This document shows positions 37,701 to 47,050 of a DNA stretch of 64,000 bases, one piece after another (the stretch's first letter is position 1; the number at the start of each line of letters is the position of its first letter). The notes beneath the pieces were generated by a model. It saw nothing but the letters and a program-made list of their open reading frames with translations. It did no database searches and was not told the DNA's origin. Origin of the DNA: a virus; the IMG/VR virus record IMGVR_UViG_3300044811_000020, positions 2,457 to 66,456 of that record, one strand, 5' to 3'. The position numbers were made by a program, and so were the translations under genes.

Positions 37701-38006
37701 GCTGGCGTCTATAAGCGGATGATCCCGGCGAAGGGCACAACGAACCCATCGGGGAGCGCCACGATCGGTGCCCGGATCGCGCGCAAGTCGCTGGATCACC
37801 TGGGGGCCATGCTCGGATACGGCGCGCACGGCCTGCCCGGGGCGATTGTCGGCCATATGGTGCAGAAGGGCGCTGGAGCGCTCAAGGACGCGCGTGCGGC
37901 GAAGGAAGCGACTCGGCTATTCTTCGGCGCGCAACCCAAGCGGACGGTTCAATCGAGCCGGTTGCCGATGTTGCTGGCACCGGCCATTCCGGCTTCACAA
38001 CGATAG
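34725..38006 (+). CDS. Large DNA ejection/internal virion protein
   Basis: 1093 aa, Ala-rich; VKGPDGSSFAFPDGT start; C-terminal TNPSGSA. Confidence 0.7.
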   Translation: MTISVKGPDGSSFAFPDGTDSAVISEAMTKHYGGGEARPDPVTVNQVARSAATGVPIVGGVLNQMDAATNAALAPVLNPLFEEKDQLKGKTFAERRKEALAIQEGMDKRFEEQHPIVDTAAKITGGVAGTIPAMMAAPAAFGLTGPLPQMVMRGAASNAALAAADAAVRGENIVAPAAIAGAAGAAAPLVARGVGKVVQGVRDWRNPPPVVAQNVEKVAGVDVPLTTGQAMADPTAQAEEEIMRRGARGSSAEAIARQADEEAKKALEEATSGIAASLDPSGASPRTAPQAAGQLVQSELAAQEAARAAAEASAVSRVGAEGETLARGLGGGAAPVSPFDAAEKTGAAVAARRAASVERTKQAYKARDEVPGEFDPSVPRGLAEDIRARLNTGPAEERIHVDPVNEGVANRALKIIDQTVGRDSGLFADAAIKKLEQPGPARAAVGLPEKATEDETVAALRAKFGDSVADAYAKQNAPPPLSLIEFIASKGGLSPHGELDAIGLNQSHRAQIPGQKGFFGVVRKNGSDIDRMREAAEEAGYLHGSHDGTSTPAQFLDAIDAELRGQKKYPAGFEGFKGKRETAATGTRESAANEQINRGFEDDLAAAGHGGLGPDVKARATAIMREEGMAADDAVETAFRQLEQEDAAGGARAAASDFPGDRAATVPAAAEAKPVDLRTMDDARKQLVTLYKDAKRKAVMQGDSSDLRAMGRILHEFDNSISDAMAAGRFSGDAKLAKELQEAARKSHAEYKETYSAKPGDEIGRAIEKILGRYSDTAATPEQIQALSYGPKGNPGTGNSVKVALRLKKILSPEEFAQWKSGLFKYVDDPELSMAKRAGRIDNFLQTSLAKGAMTAEERTSMSAYSRNLRAAEPSGRPSNDLEKAVARIAGTDGHLPASPIEVADMLYSRTGKGDKGVSQRLAAHLKQNLTPESWTAVRQGMWEKLVNAGEGKIPFEAQALSQRLHEFLNESGKGLSTILFTAQERAEIAKLAGVYKRMIPAKGTTNPSGSATIGARIARKSLDHLGAMLGYGAHGLPGAIVGHMVQKGAGALKDARAAKEATRLFFGAQPKRTVQSSRLPMLLAPAIPASQR

Positions 38007-38015
38007 GAGAGTCCT

Positions 38016-38210
38016 ATGCCGATCGGTTTATTGTTCTGGATGCTGATGGTCTTGTGGCTGATCTTTGGGATTGTCTGGTACCGCAATGGAGTGGGTTGGG
38101 CCTATGGATGGCACGGCAATACGATTTTGCTGTTCGTGCTGCTTTTCCTGCTCGGTTGGAATGACTTCGGGTTCATCCTGCAGGGCGGCCGCGGAAGCCC
38201 TTTCCACTAG
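38016..38210 (+). CDS. Small two-TM membrane protein
   Basis: MPIGLLFWMLMVLWLIFG...LLFVLLFLLGW; AGGAG RBS. Confidence 0.75.
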   Translation: MPIGLLFWMLMVLWLIFGIVWYRNGVGWAYGWHGNTILLFVLLFLLGWNDFGFILQGGRGSPFH

Positions 38211-38291
38211 ACCCCGGTCAGGAAAACTGTCGGCGTATTAACGGGGCGATGGATTGCAGACCCCCGTTGCCGCCGGCGGAGCCTGCTCCGC

Positions 38292-38489
38292 CTAGTATTT
38301 GCCGGGGGTGCTAGGTTCGATTCGGTAGGCGATCGCGATGCAAGCGGCGATGACGAAAAGGGCGGCAATCGGGCCAAGTTGATGTACAAGGCCAGTGGCG
38401 GCGAGTTTCACGGCAAGCAGGACGGCGAAAAGCAGGATTATCAGCACGATGGCCTCCCAGATGAACCCGGAACTTGCTTCGGCCATCAT
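38292..38489 (-). CDS. Possible counter-oriented two-TM protein (start uncertain)
   Basis: IVLIILLFAVLLAV and IAALFVIAACIAIAY fill an otherwise empty gap. Confidence 0.45.
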   Translation of the reverse strand: MMAEASSGFIWEAIVLIILLFAVLLAVKLAATGLVHQLGPIAALFVIAACIAIAYRIEPSTPGKY

Positions 38490-39174
38490 AGCGTCCGCGA
38501 AGCGGCTCGGCGTTGATCCCTTGCATATAGGAACGGCTCTTTCCTATGAAACTGGCGGGACGTGGAATCCCAATAAGTGGGGCGGCAAGGACAGCAATTA
38601 TCTAGGTCTGATCCAATTCGGCCCCGAAGAGCGCGCGAAATACGGCGTGAAGGAAGGCCAGACCGCGCCGGAGCAGATGCAGGCGGTAGAGAATTTCCTG
38701 CGCGACCGCGGCGTAAAGCCTGGAATGGGTCTGATGGATATCTATTCCACGATCAACGCCGGATCGCCCGGGCTCTACAATCGCAGCGACGCCGCGAACG
38801 GCGGTGCCCCCGGTACGGTCGCCGATAAGGTTAACTCCCAGATGACCGGCCACATGGGGAATGCGGCCAAGCTGCTCGGCGTCGACGCGCCGGTGGGGGC
38901 TTTGGCGGCCAAGGCGATTCCCTCAGATCCCGTGAGCCCGATCAATCCGACGTCGACGGTTTCAGAGGTGCCAACGGCCGGCCCTGGCGCGCCGGCACCA
39001 TCCGCCCTCGACAAACTGGCGTCCTCTCTGAGCGGTCCGGTCCAAGGCGGGCAGGCGGCGGCAGCAAAGGCGGTTGAATATGCGCCGTTGCAAAATATCC
39101 AGATGCCCCAGCCGATGGCCGGGCAAAGCCAACAGATCGCCGCGGCGCTGGCCAAGGCTTATGGGCTCGCATGA
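38449..39174 (+). CDS. Virion-associated lysozyme-like/lytic transglycosylase
   Basis: ALSYETGG catalytic Glu; YLGLIQF; DIYSTINAG. Confidence 0.75.
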   Translation: MASQMNPELASAIIASAKRLGVDPLHIGTALSYETGGTWNPNKWGGKDSNYLGLIQFGPEERAKYGVKEGQTAPEQMQAVENFLRDRGVKPGMGLMDIYSTINAGSPGLYNRSDAANGGAPGTVADKVNSQMTGHMGNAAKLLGVDAPVGALAAKAIPSDPVSPINPTSTVSEVPTAGPGAPAPSALDKLASSLSGPVQGGQAAAAKAVEYAPLQNIQMPQPMAGQSQQIAAALAKAYGLA

Positions 39175-39404
39175 CCGAAATCACCAACGTGGATACCCGG
39201 AAGTTCGCTGACGAGCTCCGGCGCGCCGCAGATGAGATCGAGGCTGGCGATATGATCGCGATGGCGCTCATAACCTGTGACCACGAAGGAAATTCCGGAA
39301 ACTGCTGCATGGTCGATCAGCACCGCGCCACGCATGAACTCCTCGACGAGATGGTGTATGCTGCCAAACAGATGATGTTCGATTCATTCGAGGACGGGAA
39401 ATGA
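39171..39404 (+). CDS. Hypothetical protein
   Basis: ATGA-coupled ORF. Confidence 0.6.
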   Translation: MTEITNVDTRKFADELRRAADEIEAGDMIAMALITCDHEGNSGNCCMVDQHRATHELLDEMVYAAKQMMFDSFEDGK

Positions 39405-39904
39405 AAAGAAATCGATACGTCCTACCTTCTCAGTTAATTCTGTTGAAGTATTTTTCCTATGATCCAGATACGGGGATCGTGAGAAATTTGATCAAGAGAA
39501 AGGGGGCAAATATTGGTGACGTAGTAGGGAGTGACAGCGGGAAGGGCTATCTCTATGCGTCCTTCCATGGGGTGAAATACCGATTGCATCGGCTGATCTG
39601 GAAAATGGTGACCGGCCGAGACCCTATAGCGCAGATTGATCACGAAGATTTAGACGGCATCAATAATAGGTGGGTCAACTTAAGAGAGGCGACCCAAGCC
39701 CAAAACCAAACGAATAAGCCGGGATGGTGCAAGAGTGGGCTGAAAGGAGCGTATCTCCACCACACCGGGAGATGGGTATCCCGCATTACGGTGGATAAGA
39801 AAGGCATCCACTTGGGTATCTTTGATACGATGCAGGAAGCTCACCGCGCCTATGTGGCTGCGGCGCTGAAAATTCGCGGTGAATTTGCACGAGGCGGAAA
39901 ATGA
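39401..39904 (+). CDS. HNH endonuclease with AP2 domain
   Basis: LHRLIW...IDHEDLDGINNRWVNLREAT...GRWVSRI...HLGIFD...GEFAR. Confidence 0.9.
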   Translation: MKRNRYVLPSQLILLKYFSYDPDTGIVRNLIKRKGANIGDVVGSDSGKGYLYASFHGVKYRLHRLIWKMVTGRDPIAQIDHEDLDGINNRWVNLREATQAQNQTNKPGWCKSGLKGAYLHHTGRWVSRITVDKKGIHLGIFDTMQEAHRAYVAAALKIRGEFARGGK

Positions 39905-40980
39905 AAAAAGAGATCGTTAAATTTCTGATCCTGCTCATGGTGGCCGCTGGCGCTGGTCCCGCTGGCGCTGCCATTTGGAGTTGGAGCACGACGGCATCGA
40001 CCAATGCTACGGCGGATCCAAGCATTAACTGGGCTGAAGGAATGGCCCCGTCTGCTGTGAATGACAGCGCCAGAGCCATGATGGCAGTTTTGGCGGCTTG
40101 GCGCAATGACGTGAGCGCGACGAATACAACGGCTGGCACGTCGACCGCTTACACCTTGGCGACGTCCGAGGGCGTGAACACCACGCCAGCCAATGGCCAA
40201 ATGCTCTCGTTCATCGCGCATGCGACGAATGGTGCTTCTCCAACATTGCAGGTAGACGGCGGCAACACGTATCCGCTCTGGCTGAATGGCTCGGTGGTTG
40301 GTTCTGGAACGCTCTTGGTCGGCTCTCCCTATCGGGTGGCATTTAGCGTAGCGAATAGCGCGTGGTTGCTCGAGGCGGGTTATGGGAACACCGGCACGCC
40401 TCTCGGCGCAATCCTCTGGTCGACGTCGCCGACTGCTCCCAGCAGCAACTTCGTCGCTCCATCCGGACAGTGCATTTCGACAACCACCTATGCGGCCTAT
40501 TGGGTACAGCAGGGATCGCCAGCGAGCGGTGCGTGTCCAGGTGGTCAGTTCGCGATTATCGACATGCGCGGCCGCGTTGCCGCGGGGCTCGATACGCTGA
40601 ATGCGTCGGCTGCTAATCGATTGACGAGCTCAGCGACGGGCTGCGGAACTGCCATGACGTCGGTTGGGGCGGTGTGCGCTAACGGCACGCAGGGGTCGGT
40701 GATACCGCTGGCGCAACTTCCTACTGGCATCGTGTCGTCGGTCAGTGTGGTTTCACCTTCATCCAATTATTTGACGTCTCCCGTGACGGGCTACGGCATT
40801 ACGTCATTCAGCGCAAATTCGGGCGGTACGGTTTGGCAGGCATTTTCGCAGGGTGCCTCGATTATTGTCTCTGCTACCATAACCTCAACTGGCACGGCGA
40901 CATCGGCCAATACGAGCGGTTTGGTTCGCCCGAATGTGCAGGATACCATCGGTCTCATCCCCTATCTGCGGATTCTCTAA
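39901..40980 (+). CDS. Tail fibre with tail-collar domain and N-terminal signal peptide
   Basis: MKKEIVKFLILLMVAAGAGPAGA|AIWSWSTTA; collar PLGAILW...SGQCISTTTYAAY...IDMRGRVAAG. Confidence 0.8.
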   Translation: MKKEIVKFLILLMVAAGAGPAGAAIWSWSTTASTNATADPSINWAEGMAPSAVNDSARAMMAVLAAWRNDVSATNTTAGTSTAYTLATSEGVNTTPANGQMLSFIAHATNGASPTLQVDGGNTYPLWLNGSVVGSGTLLVGSPYRVAFSVANSAWLLEAGYGNTGTPLGAILWSTSPTAPSSNFVAPSGQCISTTTYAAYWVQQGSPASGACPGGQFAIIDMRGRVAAGLDTLNASAANRLTSSATGCGTAMTSVGAVCANGTQGSVIPLAQLPTGIVSSVSVVSPSSNYLTSPVTGYGITSFSANSGGTVWQAFSQGASIIVSATITSTGTATSANTSGLVRPNVQDTIGLIPYLRIL

Positions 40981-41438
40981 TGTCGGTCATTCAAACAGAT
41001 TTGCGAGTTAATCCGGTCGCCGCGGCGCGAAATGTCTCATACGCGCCGACGGCTCCATTGACGGCCATCACGGTGCAGGCTGCAATCGACCAATTGCAGG
41101 GAGAAATCACAGTCGGGTCAGTGACCCCTCCGGCTATTGTGCCAACTCCGGTGACTTTTGCTCAGTCGCCTTACACGGTCCTGTCGACGGATTATCTGCT
41201 TGAGGTCGACACGACGGGTGGGGCGGTGACGATCCAGACCGCCGCATCGGCGTCGCGCGGCAACAAGCCATTCACGGTCAAGGATATCGCAGGAAATTCT
41301 GCCGTGAATGCCATATCGATTCTGCGCACTGGCGCGGAGACGATCGATGGTATGACGTCCTATCCAATGGATTCCGCGTATGACGCCAAGACGTTCAAGC
41401 CCAAGTTGGCTGGGACCGGATATGAGGTTGAAGCATGA
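40980..41438 (+). CDS. Fibre-associated protein (no signal peptide, no Cys)
   Basis: TAATG overlap; TVQAAIDQL; YTVLSTDYLLEVDT...ETIDG. Confidence 0.65.
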   Translation: MSVIQTDLRVNPVAAARNVSYAPTAPLTAITVQAAIDQLQGEITVGSVTPPAIVPTPVTFAQSPYTVLSTDYLLEVDTTGGAVTIQTAASASRGNKPFTVKDIAGNSAVNAISILRTGAETIDGMTSYPMDSAYDAKTFKPKLAGTGYEVEA

Positions 41439-42574
41439 AGATTTTACGTGTCGCTGTGGCCTGGCTGGCGCTGTGCGGCGCAGCCTACGCACAGTCGCAG
41501 GTGCCGGCTGGTGGCGTCATGGGCAACTCGACCGCGGGACAACGACCCGCGCGCGCAGAGACCGTCACATCCATTCTGGACCGGGCTCTGGGCTCCACGC
41601 GAGGGGCCATTCTTGAGCGCGGCGCGGCCAGTTGGCAGATCGTTGTGCCCAACGCGACGGCTGGCCTGCCATTTGTGTCCGCTGGCACCGGTGCTGATCC
41701 GCTCTATCAGTTGCTGGGCGTGGTCGGCGGCGGGACCGGGCAGAATACTTACGCGATCGGCGATATTTTGCAGGCGTCAGCGTCGACGACCTTGGCGCGG
41801 CTGGCTGCGGTAGCAACGGGCAACGCGCTGATTTCTGGCGGGGTCGGCACCGTTTCATCGTGGGGTAAAATCGCATCCACGCATCTGAACATCACGACAA
41901 CGAGCTGCACTAATCAATTTGTTTCGGCGATATCGGCCGGCGCGGTGGGAACATGTGCGAGCGTTCCAATCGGCACCGCGGTTTCTGGCCTTGGGACCAC
42001 GGTGGCAACGACGCTGGCTGCCGCGGTGAATGCTACGGGGGGCATAGTTTCGCCGACTCCGACGCGGGCCGGAGATATTATTTATTGGAACGGGTCAAAT
42101 TGGGTCACATTGGCCGGAAATAATTCCGGGACCAATATTCTTCAGGAAAACGCATCTGGCGTGCCGTCTTGGGTTGCCAACGCTGGATTTACGGCAGCGA
42201 CGAAGGCGGACCAGCAGGCCGCAACGAGCAATGTAGTAGCGATAACGCCGCTGCATCAGCAGGATCACGATAGCGCGGCTAAGGTTTGGGTGAATTTTAC
42301 CGGGTCGACCGGCGCGATTCTCACTTCATACAATGTCGGGTCAATGAGCCGGACTGGCGTCGGGGAATATACGATAAATTTCACGACGGCCTTTGCGACC
42401 GCAAATTATATGTGCCAAGTCACGTCGGAAACTGGCGGAACCGCGCCGTTGGCCTTTGTTTATACGGGCGTGGCCAAGACGACGGCTCTTGTGCATATCG
42501 GATTTGAAAACGCGGCGGGTGGGGCTTTTGTGGACCCGACGATCGGTCATGTCGTCTGCTTTGGAAGGCAATAG
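41435..42574 (+). CDS. Tail fibre-like protein with Sec signal peptide
   Basis: MKILRVAVAWLALCGAAYA| ; GGTG/GDIL motifs; C-terminal AKVWVNFTG...YNVGS...GEYTINF. Confidence 0.75.
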   Translation: MKILRVAVAWLALCGAAYAQSQVPAGGVMGNSTAGQRPARAETVTSILDRALGSTRGAILERGAASWQIVVPNATAGLPFVSAGTGADPLYQLLGVVGGGTGQNTYAIGDILQASASTTLARLAAVATGNALISGGVGTVSSWGKIASTHLNITTTSCTNQFVSAISAGAVGTCASVPIGTAVSGLGTTVATTLAAAVNATGGIVSPTPTRAGDIIYWNGSNWVTLAGNNSGTNILQENASGVPSWVANAGFTAATKADQQAATSNVVAITPLHQQDHDSAAKVWVNFTGSTGAILTSYNVGSMSRTGVGEYTINFTTAFATANYMCQVTSETGGTAPLAFVYTGVAKTTALVHIGFENAAGGAFVDPTIGHVVCFGRQ

Positions 42575-42583
42575 GAGCGCATC

Positions 42584-43369
42584 ATGATTTCTCAACTCGT
42601 CCCTAAAGGCACATATTTCCGTCTCGGCTCGTCCGGTCCTGCGGTCAAGGAAATTCAGACCGCGCTTGCCAAGCTCGGCTACAAACTGAGCGGCACCGGG
42701 TATTTCGGCAATGGCACCGATACCGCGGTGGAGGCGTTTCAGAAACGTGCTGGTCTCGACGTTGACGGTGTGGTTGGGACCGCAACCGCGGAAGCGATTG
42801 ACCGCGAGATTACTGGCGTGATCCCGCCTCCGGCCAAAGACGAAAAAGAGGAGATCGCGCAACCGTTGTGGCTCCAGGCAGGGCTCAAGCTTTTGGGCAC
42901 TAAGGAAGCGGCGGGGTCGAAAGACAATCGCGTGATCATTGATTGGGCGAAAGAGATCGGGGGAGATATCGCCAAGGAATATACCCACGATGAAATCCCT
43001 TGGTGTGCCCTCCTACAGAACCTGATTCTAGCCCGGGCCGGTGCGAAGGGAACGGGGACGCTTTGGGCACTGGATTTCGCCGGGAAGTGGCCTTCAGTCA
43101 AACTGTCGGGGCCTGCAGTCGGCGCTATCGCGCCGATGCTTCGAAATGGCGGGGGGCACGTAATATGTGTGGTTGGCCGCGATCAGCGCGGTAATATCAT
43201 GGGGCTCGGCGGGAATCAGTCAGACCAGACCTCGATTGTCCCGTTCCCGACGTCTCGCCTCAATAAAGGATTCTGGTGGCCGGCTGGCGTGCCGGTTCCC
43301 GCCAAGATTGGCTTTTCGAGTCTGCCTATCGTACAAAGTGACGGGAAAATTTCACGCAACGAGGCATAG
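42584..43369 (+). CDS. Endolysin: peptidoglycan-binding domain + NlpC/P60-like (TIGR02594-type) peptidase
   Basis: LGSSGPAVKEIQTAL...VDGVVG; DEIPWCA; GGGHV; LGGNQSD. Confidence 0.9.
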   Translation: MISQLVPKGTYFRLGSSGPAVKEIQTALAKLGYKLSGTGYFGNGTDTAVEAFQKRAGLDVDGVVGTATAEAIDREITGVIPPPAKDEKEEIAQPLWLQAGLKLLGTKEAAGSKDNRVIIDWAKEIGGDIAKEYTHDEIPWCALLQNLILARAGAKGTGTLWALDFAGKWPSVKLSGPAVGAIAPMLRNGGGHVICVVGRDQRGNIMGLGGNQSDQTSIVPFPTSRLNKGFWWPAGVPVPAKIGFSSLPIVQSDGKISRNEA

Positions 43370-43383
43370 AGGGGAATTGCATC

Positions 43384-43839
43384 ATGGCTTTGAGCCTTCC
43401 TACCGCCGATCAGGTAAAAGCGGTCTCCCGGCACATGGGGACGGCGGTGGCGTCGATCCTGGGCACGCTCGCGGCGCTCAAGATCATCAGCGGCACTGAC
43501 GTTTCGTCTCTTCAGTCGTCATTTGATCAGATTAGCCACGGGGTAGCTGAGACCGTTACCGGTCTTACGGCGCTCAGTGTCGCTGCCACGACGCTTTATT
43601 CCGCCCTTTCCGCTAATCCGCTGCTCCAGTTCCTCAAAGGGTCGAAAGCGGTTGCTGCGGATCCAAGTCTCGTACAGGGAACCAACGTCTCGGATGCAGA
43701 TCAGGCGACGGTCGCCAAGGCGGCCATCCAACTTCCGAAGGTCGAGAGCATTGTGGCCGCTCCAGAGGTAGCCAATGCCGTGCCGAGTCCGGCGGTACAA
43801 TCCACTGATGACGTCAAAGTCGTCGATAAGGCAGCATAG
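43384..43839 (+). CDS. Putative holin/spanin-type membrane protein
   Basis: Two hydrophobic segments; follows the endolysin. Confidence 0.5.
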   Translation: MALSLPTADQVKAVSRHMGTAVASILGTLAALKIISGTDVSSLQSSFDQISHGVAETVTGLTALSVAATTLYSALSANPLLQFLKGSKAVAADPSLVQGTNVSDADQATVAKAAIQLPKVESIVAAPEVANAVPSPAVQSTDDVKVVDKAA

Positions 43840-43849
43840 GGAGGCTTCG

Positions 43850-44242
43850 TTGAAACGCATTCTCGCATCCATGGCCGTCGTTCTCGTGCTCGGCGGCTGC
43901 AGCACCCTAGCCACGGTGCAAAAGGTCGCGACAGCGACTGTTCCGGCTGAGGTGGTGACCCCGGCGGCAAACACGTTCACTATCCTGAAGAACGCGGCCG
44001 CCAACTACGGCGAATACTGCATCAGCAAGCAGATGGCACCGGCGATTTGTTCGGCCGGCACCCGCCGCATCGTTGTTAGAGCCGTGCGGGTCGGCACCAA
44101 TGCTCGCGACCAGATGACGGCGAATCTTGAGAATGGCACGCCTGCCGCGTCGTCTGTTTTCAACCTGATGGTGGAGGCGATCGACGATCTTAAAAACTCG
44201 CCGGCCGCTGCATCTCAATTTACAGGGATACCAGTCCAATGA
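43850..44242 (+). CDS. Lipoprotein (spanin-like)
   Basis: TTG start with GGAGG; MKRILASMAVVLVLGG|C lipobox. Confidence 0.7.
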   Translation: MKRILASMAVVLVLGGCSTLATVQKVATATVPAEVVTPAANTFTILKNAAANYGEYCISKQMAPAICSAGTRRIVVRAVRVGTNARDQMTANLENGTPAASSVFNLMVEAIDDLKNSPAAASQFTGIPVQ

Positions 44243-45639
44243 CCGCAACGGCTATCGTAAACACCATCAATTCCGTCGTCGACTTGGTGCAGAAGTTCCT
44301 CCCGCTGATCCACAAGGACAACTCCGGCCTGGTCGATCAAGTGATCGATACGCTGCAGTCTGTCGCCCCTCTGGCGATTGACCAAGCGGAGGTCACTTAC
44401 ACGGGGTTCAAGAATATCCTCGCCGCCGTCCAGCATAAGGCGACGACTGCCGAACAACTGGCGGCGCTCAAGGAACTCAATAAGCGGGTCGATGACAAAT
44501 GGAACGCGATCGAGCGGCAGCTTGATCCTGACGCTTAATGTGATCTGTATTATACAGCGGGGGCGCGCGAACGGTGCTAAATGACACTGCCGGAACTCTT
44601 GGAATACGTGAAGGCCGGCGGTGGCATCCTTGCACCGGTTTTCGCCATTCTTTGGTGGTTAGAGCGGGGGGAGCGCCAAGACTCACAGACGGAATTGAAA
44701 CAAGTTTCGGAGAAGTCCGTTGTGGCTATAACCGAACTCAAGTCATTGATTGGCCAACTGGCAACCATTTTCAAGCCCAATGGCGGGCCGTGATGGGATG
44801 GGTCATGCGTCTGTACGAGAAGCTAACAGGCATCGCCCATCGCCATGACAACGCGGACCGCGTTGCTCGGGCTGCGGATGGATTGACGGACAGCATTCGG
44901 GAACTTTCCGCGACCTTGAAGCCCTACCGCGAATCTGATGACCCTTTGGTGGCGTTGATGACTGACGTGTTCAATCGACGGCAGTTAAGGGACCGGCGTG
45001 ACAAGCTTCATTCTTGAACAGGTCAACGGGGTCGCTTCGATCCTGACCTTTTGCTTGCTCGTATTCCTCACATTTTATCTCTGGGATTGGCTGGTCTACA
45101 AGCACACTTCCGTATGGAAGGCGCTATGGATCGGTCTCCCGCCTGCGATCGCGCTCGCCGGGGTCATATACCTGGAGAAGATGGGCACGCTGATGACCCG
45201 CGCCGTTGTTTGGATGTGGCGGGCGGTGTCCGACGGTATGGTCCCGTTCACCGGCGTCGAGATGTTCTTTCTGCTTTTGGGGGCGCTAACCACCTCTGCG
45301 GCTCTACTTCTTATGATCCGGCTCCTGAGCCGTCCCCGGTTCGGCGAATGGCCTTGGTTGGCCTCGTTGCTATTGGCTGGCGGATTTGTGCTAATTTCTA
45401 CGGTAGTGCACCTGTGGGGTTAGCCGATGATCGACGCCGTTCTGGTTTCCATCCTTGTCATGGTCATGCTCGGGCTTAATGGATATACAACTTTCTTGTC
45501 TTGGCGGACGCGCAAGGACATGAGCGATTTGGAGCGCAACACGAATTCCAAAATGGATGCCATGTTGGCGCTGACGGCTAAATCCTCGCGCGCGGCCGGG
45601 CTGCAGGAAGGCCGCGACGAGAAACGGGAACCCAAATAG
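44239..45639 (+). other. Five small lysis-region ORFs (44239-44538, 44581-44793 1 TM, 44793-45017, 44998-45423 4 TM, 45427-45639 1 TM)
   Basis: Coupled ORFs with hydrophobic segments; holin candidates. Confidence 0.6.
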
Positions 45640-45651
45640 GATTGCGGCGTT
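45627..45651 (+). promoter_or_regulatory. EcfG (general stress sigma)-type promoter
   Basis: GGAAC-N16-CGTT upstream of the DUF3309 gene. Confidence 0.65.
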
Positions 45652-45687
45652 ATAGCGGCGCATCGCCCTCGTTCTCGGAGGCGTCCC

Positions 45688-45852
45688 ATGCTCGTTACCA
45701 TCCTAATCGTTATTCTGATTTTAGCATTGCTTGGTGGCGGGCTTGGCTGGGGTGGCCGCGGGCCATACTACGGCGGCGGCCCATATCTGGGCGGCGGCCT
45801 CGGCTTGGTTCTAGTTATAATTATCATTCTTGTGGTACTCGGCCGCGTGTAG
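45688..45852 (+). CDS. DUF3309-family small membrane protein (54 aa, absent from the ORF track)
   Basis: MLVTILIVILILALLGG...GGGLGLVLVIIIILVVLGRV; GGAGG RBS. Confidence 0.8.
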   Translation: MLVTILIVILILALLGGGLGWGGRGPYYGGGPYLGGGLGLVLVIIIILVVLGRV

Positions 45853-45863
45853 TCTATTCTAAA

Positions 45864-45888
45864 CGAACTCGCATCATGCTAAATCGTT
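45864..45888 (+). promoter_or_regulatory. Second EcfG-like promoter (1 mismatch)
   Basis: CGAAC-N16-CGTT upstream of the 45923 gene. Confidence 0.5.
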
Positions 45889-45922
45889 AATATTCATCCG
45901 CTTAACTCTTGCGAGGAAACCC

Positions 45923-47008
45923 ATGACCGTCTCGAAGGAAGTAGCCGACACCGTTGCGAGGATCCGCGCGCAGCAGGACTACATCAAGGCTGACAAAGAG
46001 GCGGACAAGCTCCGCGACAAGCAGCTTGCGGACGCACTCGCTGCGCGCAAGGACGCAGAGGACAAAATGGCCGATCTGCAGGCCAAGCTCGATGCCATTC
46101 CGGTTCGGCAGGAACTGAGCCAAGAGGACAAGGACGCCCTGCAACACGCCTTCGACGAGGCCAACGATGCGCAGACCAGCGCGGGCGAGGCACTGGATAC
46201 GGCCAAGGAAACCCACGACGATCTCAAGGATGCGGTGCCGGCCAATGCCAATTCCCCGTCCTCCGGTCAGTTGGATGGCCTCCAGCCATCTCCTGCGCCG
46301 GCCAAGGTCGAGGCGGAAGAAATCCCGACCGATCCGGAAGGCGAGCGGCCCGATCCGCTGCCGGGCACCGCTCGGGGTGATGGCGCGCCGCTGATGCCTA
46401 ATATGGCCTTTGATCCCGATCCCACGGGCAGCCGTGGCAAGGGCGATGCTGGCCAGCCGAACCAGCCAGCTGCGATTGAAACCGCTGGTGGCTTCGTTGT
46501 GAGCGGTGGCGGCACCACCCAGCGCGCGCCTGGTTCCATGCCCGACTCTCCGTCGAGCTCGCAGGTTGTGCCTCTGGATCCGGACGCCAAGGCGCCGGCG
46601 AACAATGCCGATCTGCTCAAGTCTGGTTTGGGCGATTCGAGCCAGAACGCCTTGCTCGGCAACGATGGTCAGCCGATCAGCCAAGGCCCGGGTATCGTGA
46701 AAGAGCCGACGGATGCGGAGCGCGAGGCTGCGCAGAAGCAGCAGGACGCTCTGAATGCGGAGAAGGCCGCGCGTGAGGAGAATCCTCTCAATCTGGCACC
46801 GGCCGGCACTCCGCAGGCTGGCTCGCCTGATGCTGAGAAGGCCAGCCGTGAGGCTGCATTGGATGCGCAGCGCAAGGCGCAGGATGACGCCAAGAAGCAA
46901 TCGGACGATGAGAAGGCGCGCAATTCGGATCAGAAGGGCGTCGCTGACGACGGATCGAGCAAGCCGACGTCCGATTTCCCAGATGAGAAGGTTGCGAACC
47001 CTTCGTAA
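45923..47008 (+). CDS. Acidic, largely disordered hydrophilin-like protein
   Basis: D/E/P/A/Q-rich, no Cys or Trp; N-terminal coiled coil; GAGGA RBS. Confidence 0.75.
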   Translation: MTVSKEVADTVARIRAQQDYIKADKEADKLRDKQLADALAARKDAEDKMADLQAKLDAIPVRQELSQEDKDALQHAFDEANDAQTSAGEALDTAKETHDDLKDAVPANANSPSSGQLDGLQPSPAPAKVEAEEIPTDPEGERPDPLPGTARGDGAPLMPNMAFDPDPTGSRGKGDAGQPNQPAAIETAGGFVVSGGGTTQRAPGSMPDSPSSSQVVPLDPDAKAPANNADLLKSGLGDSSQNALLGNDGQPISQGPGIVKEPTDAEREAAQKQQDALNAEKAAREENPLNLAPAGTPQAGSPDAEKASREAALDAQRKAQDDAKKQSDDEKARNSDQKGVADDGSSKPTSDFPDEKVANPS

Positions 47009-47050
47009 TTCAGCGGGTTCACGTTCCTTCCGGCACCCGACTGAGTGTGA

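Noticed and set aside
28978-46900. Long minus-strand ORFs (28978-30180, 32158-33423, 34859-35971, 45902-46900)
   Set aside because: Antisense shadows of GC-rich + strand genes with clear functions or better coding signals
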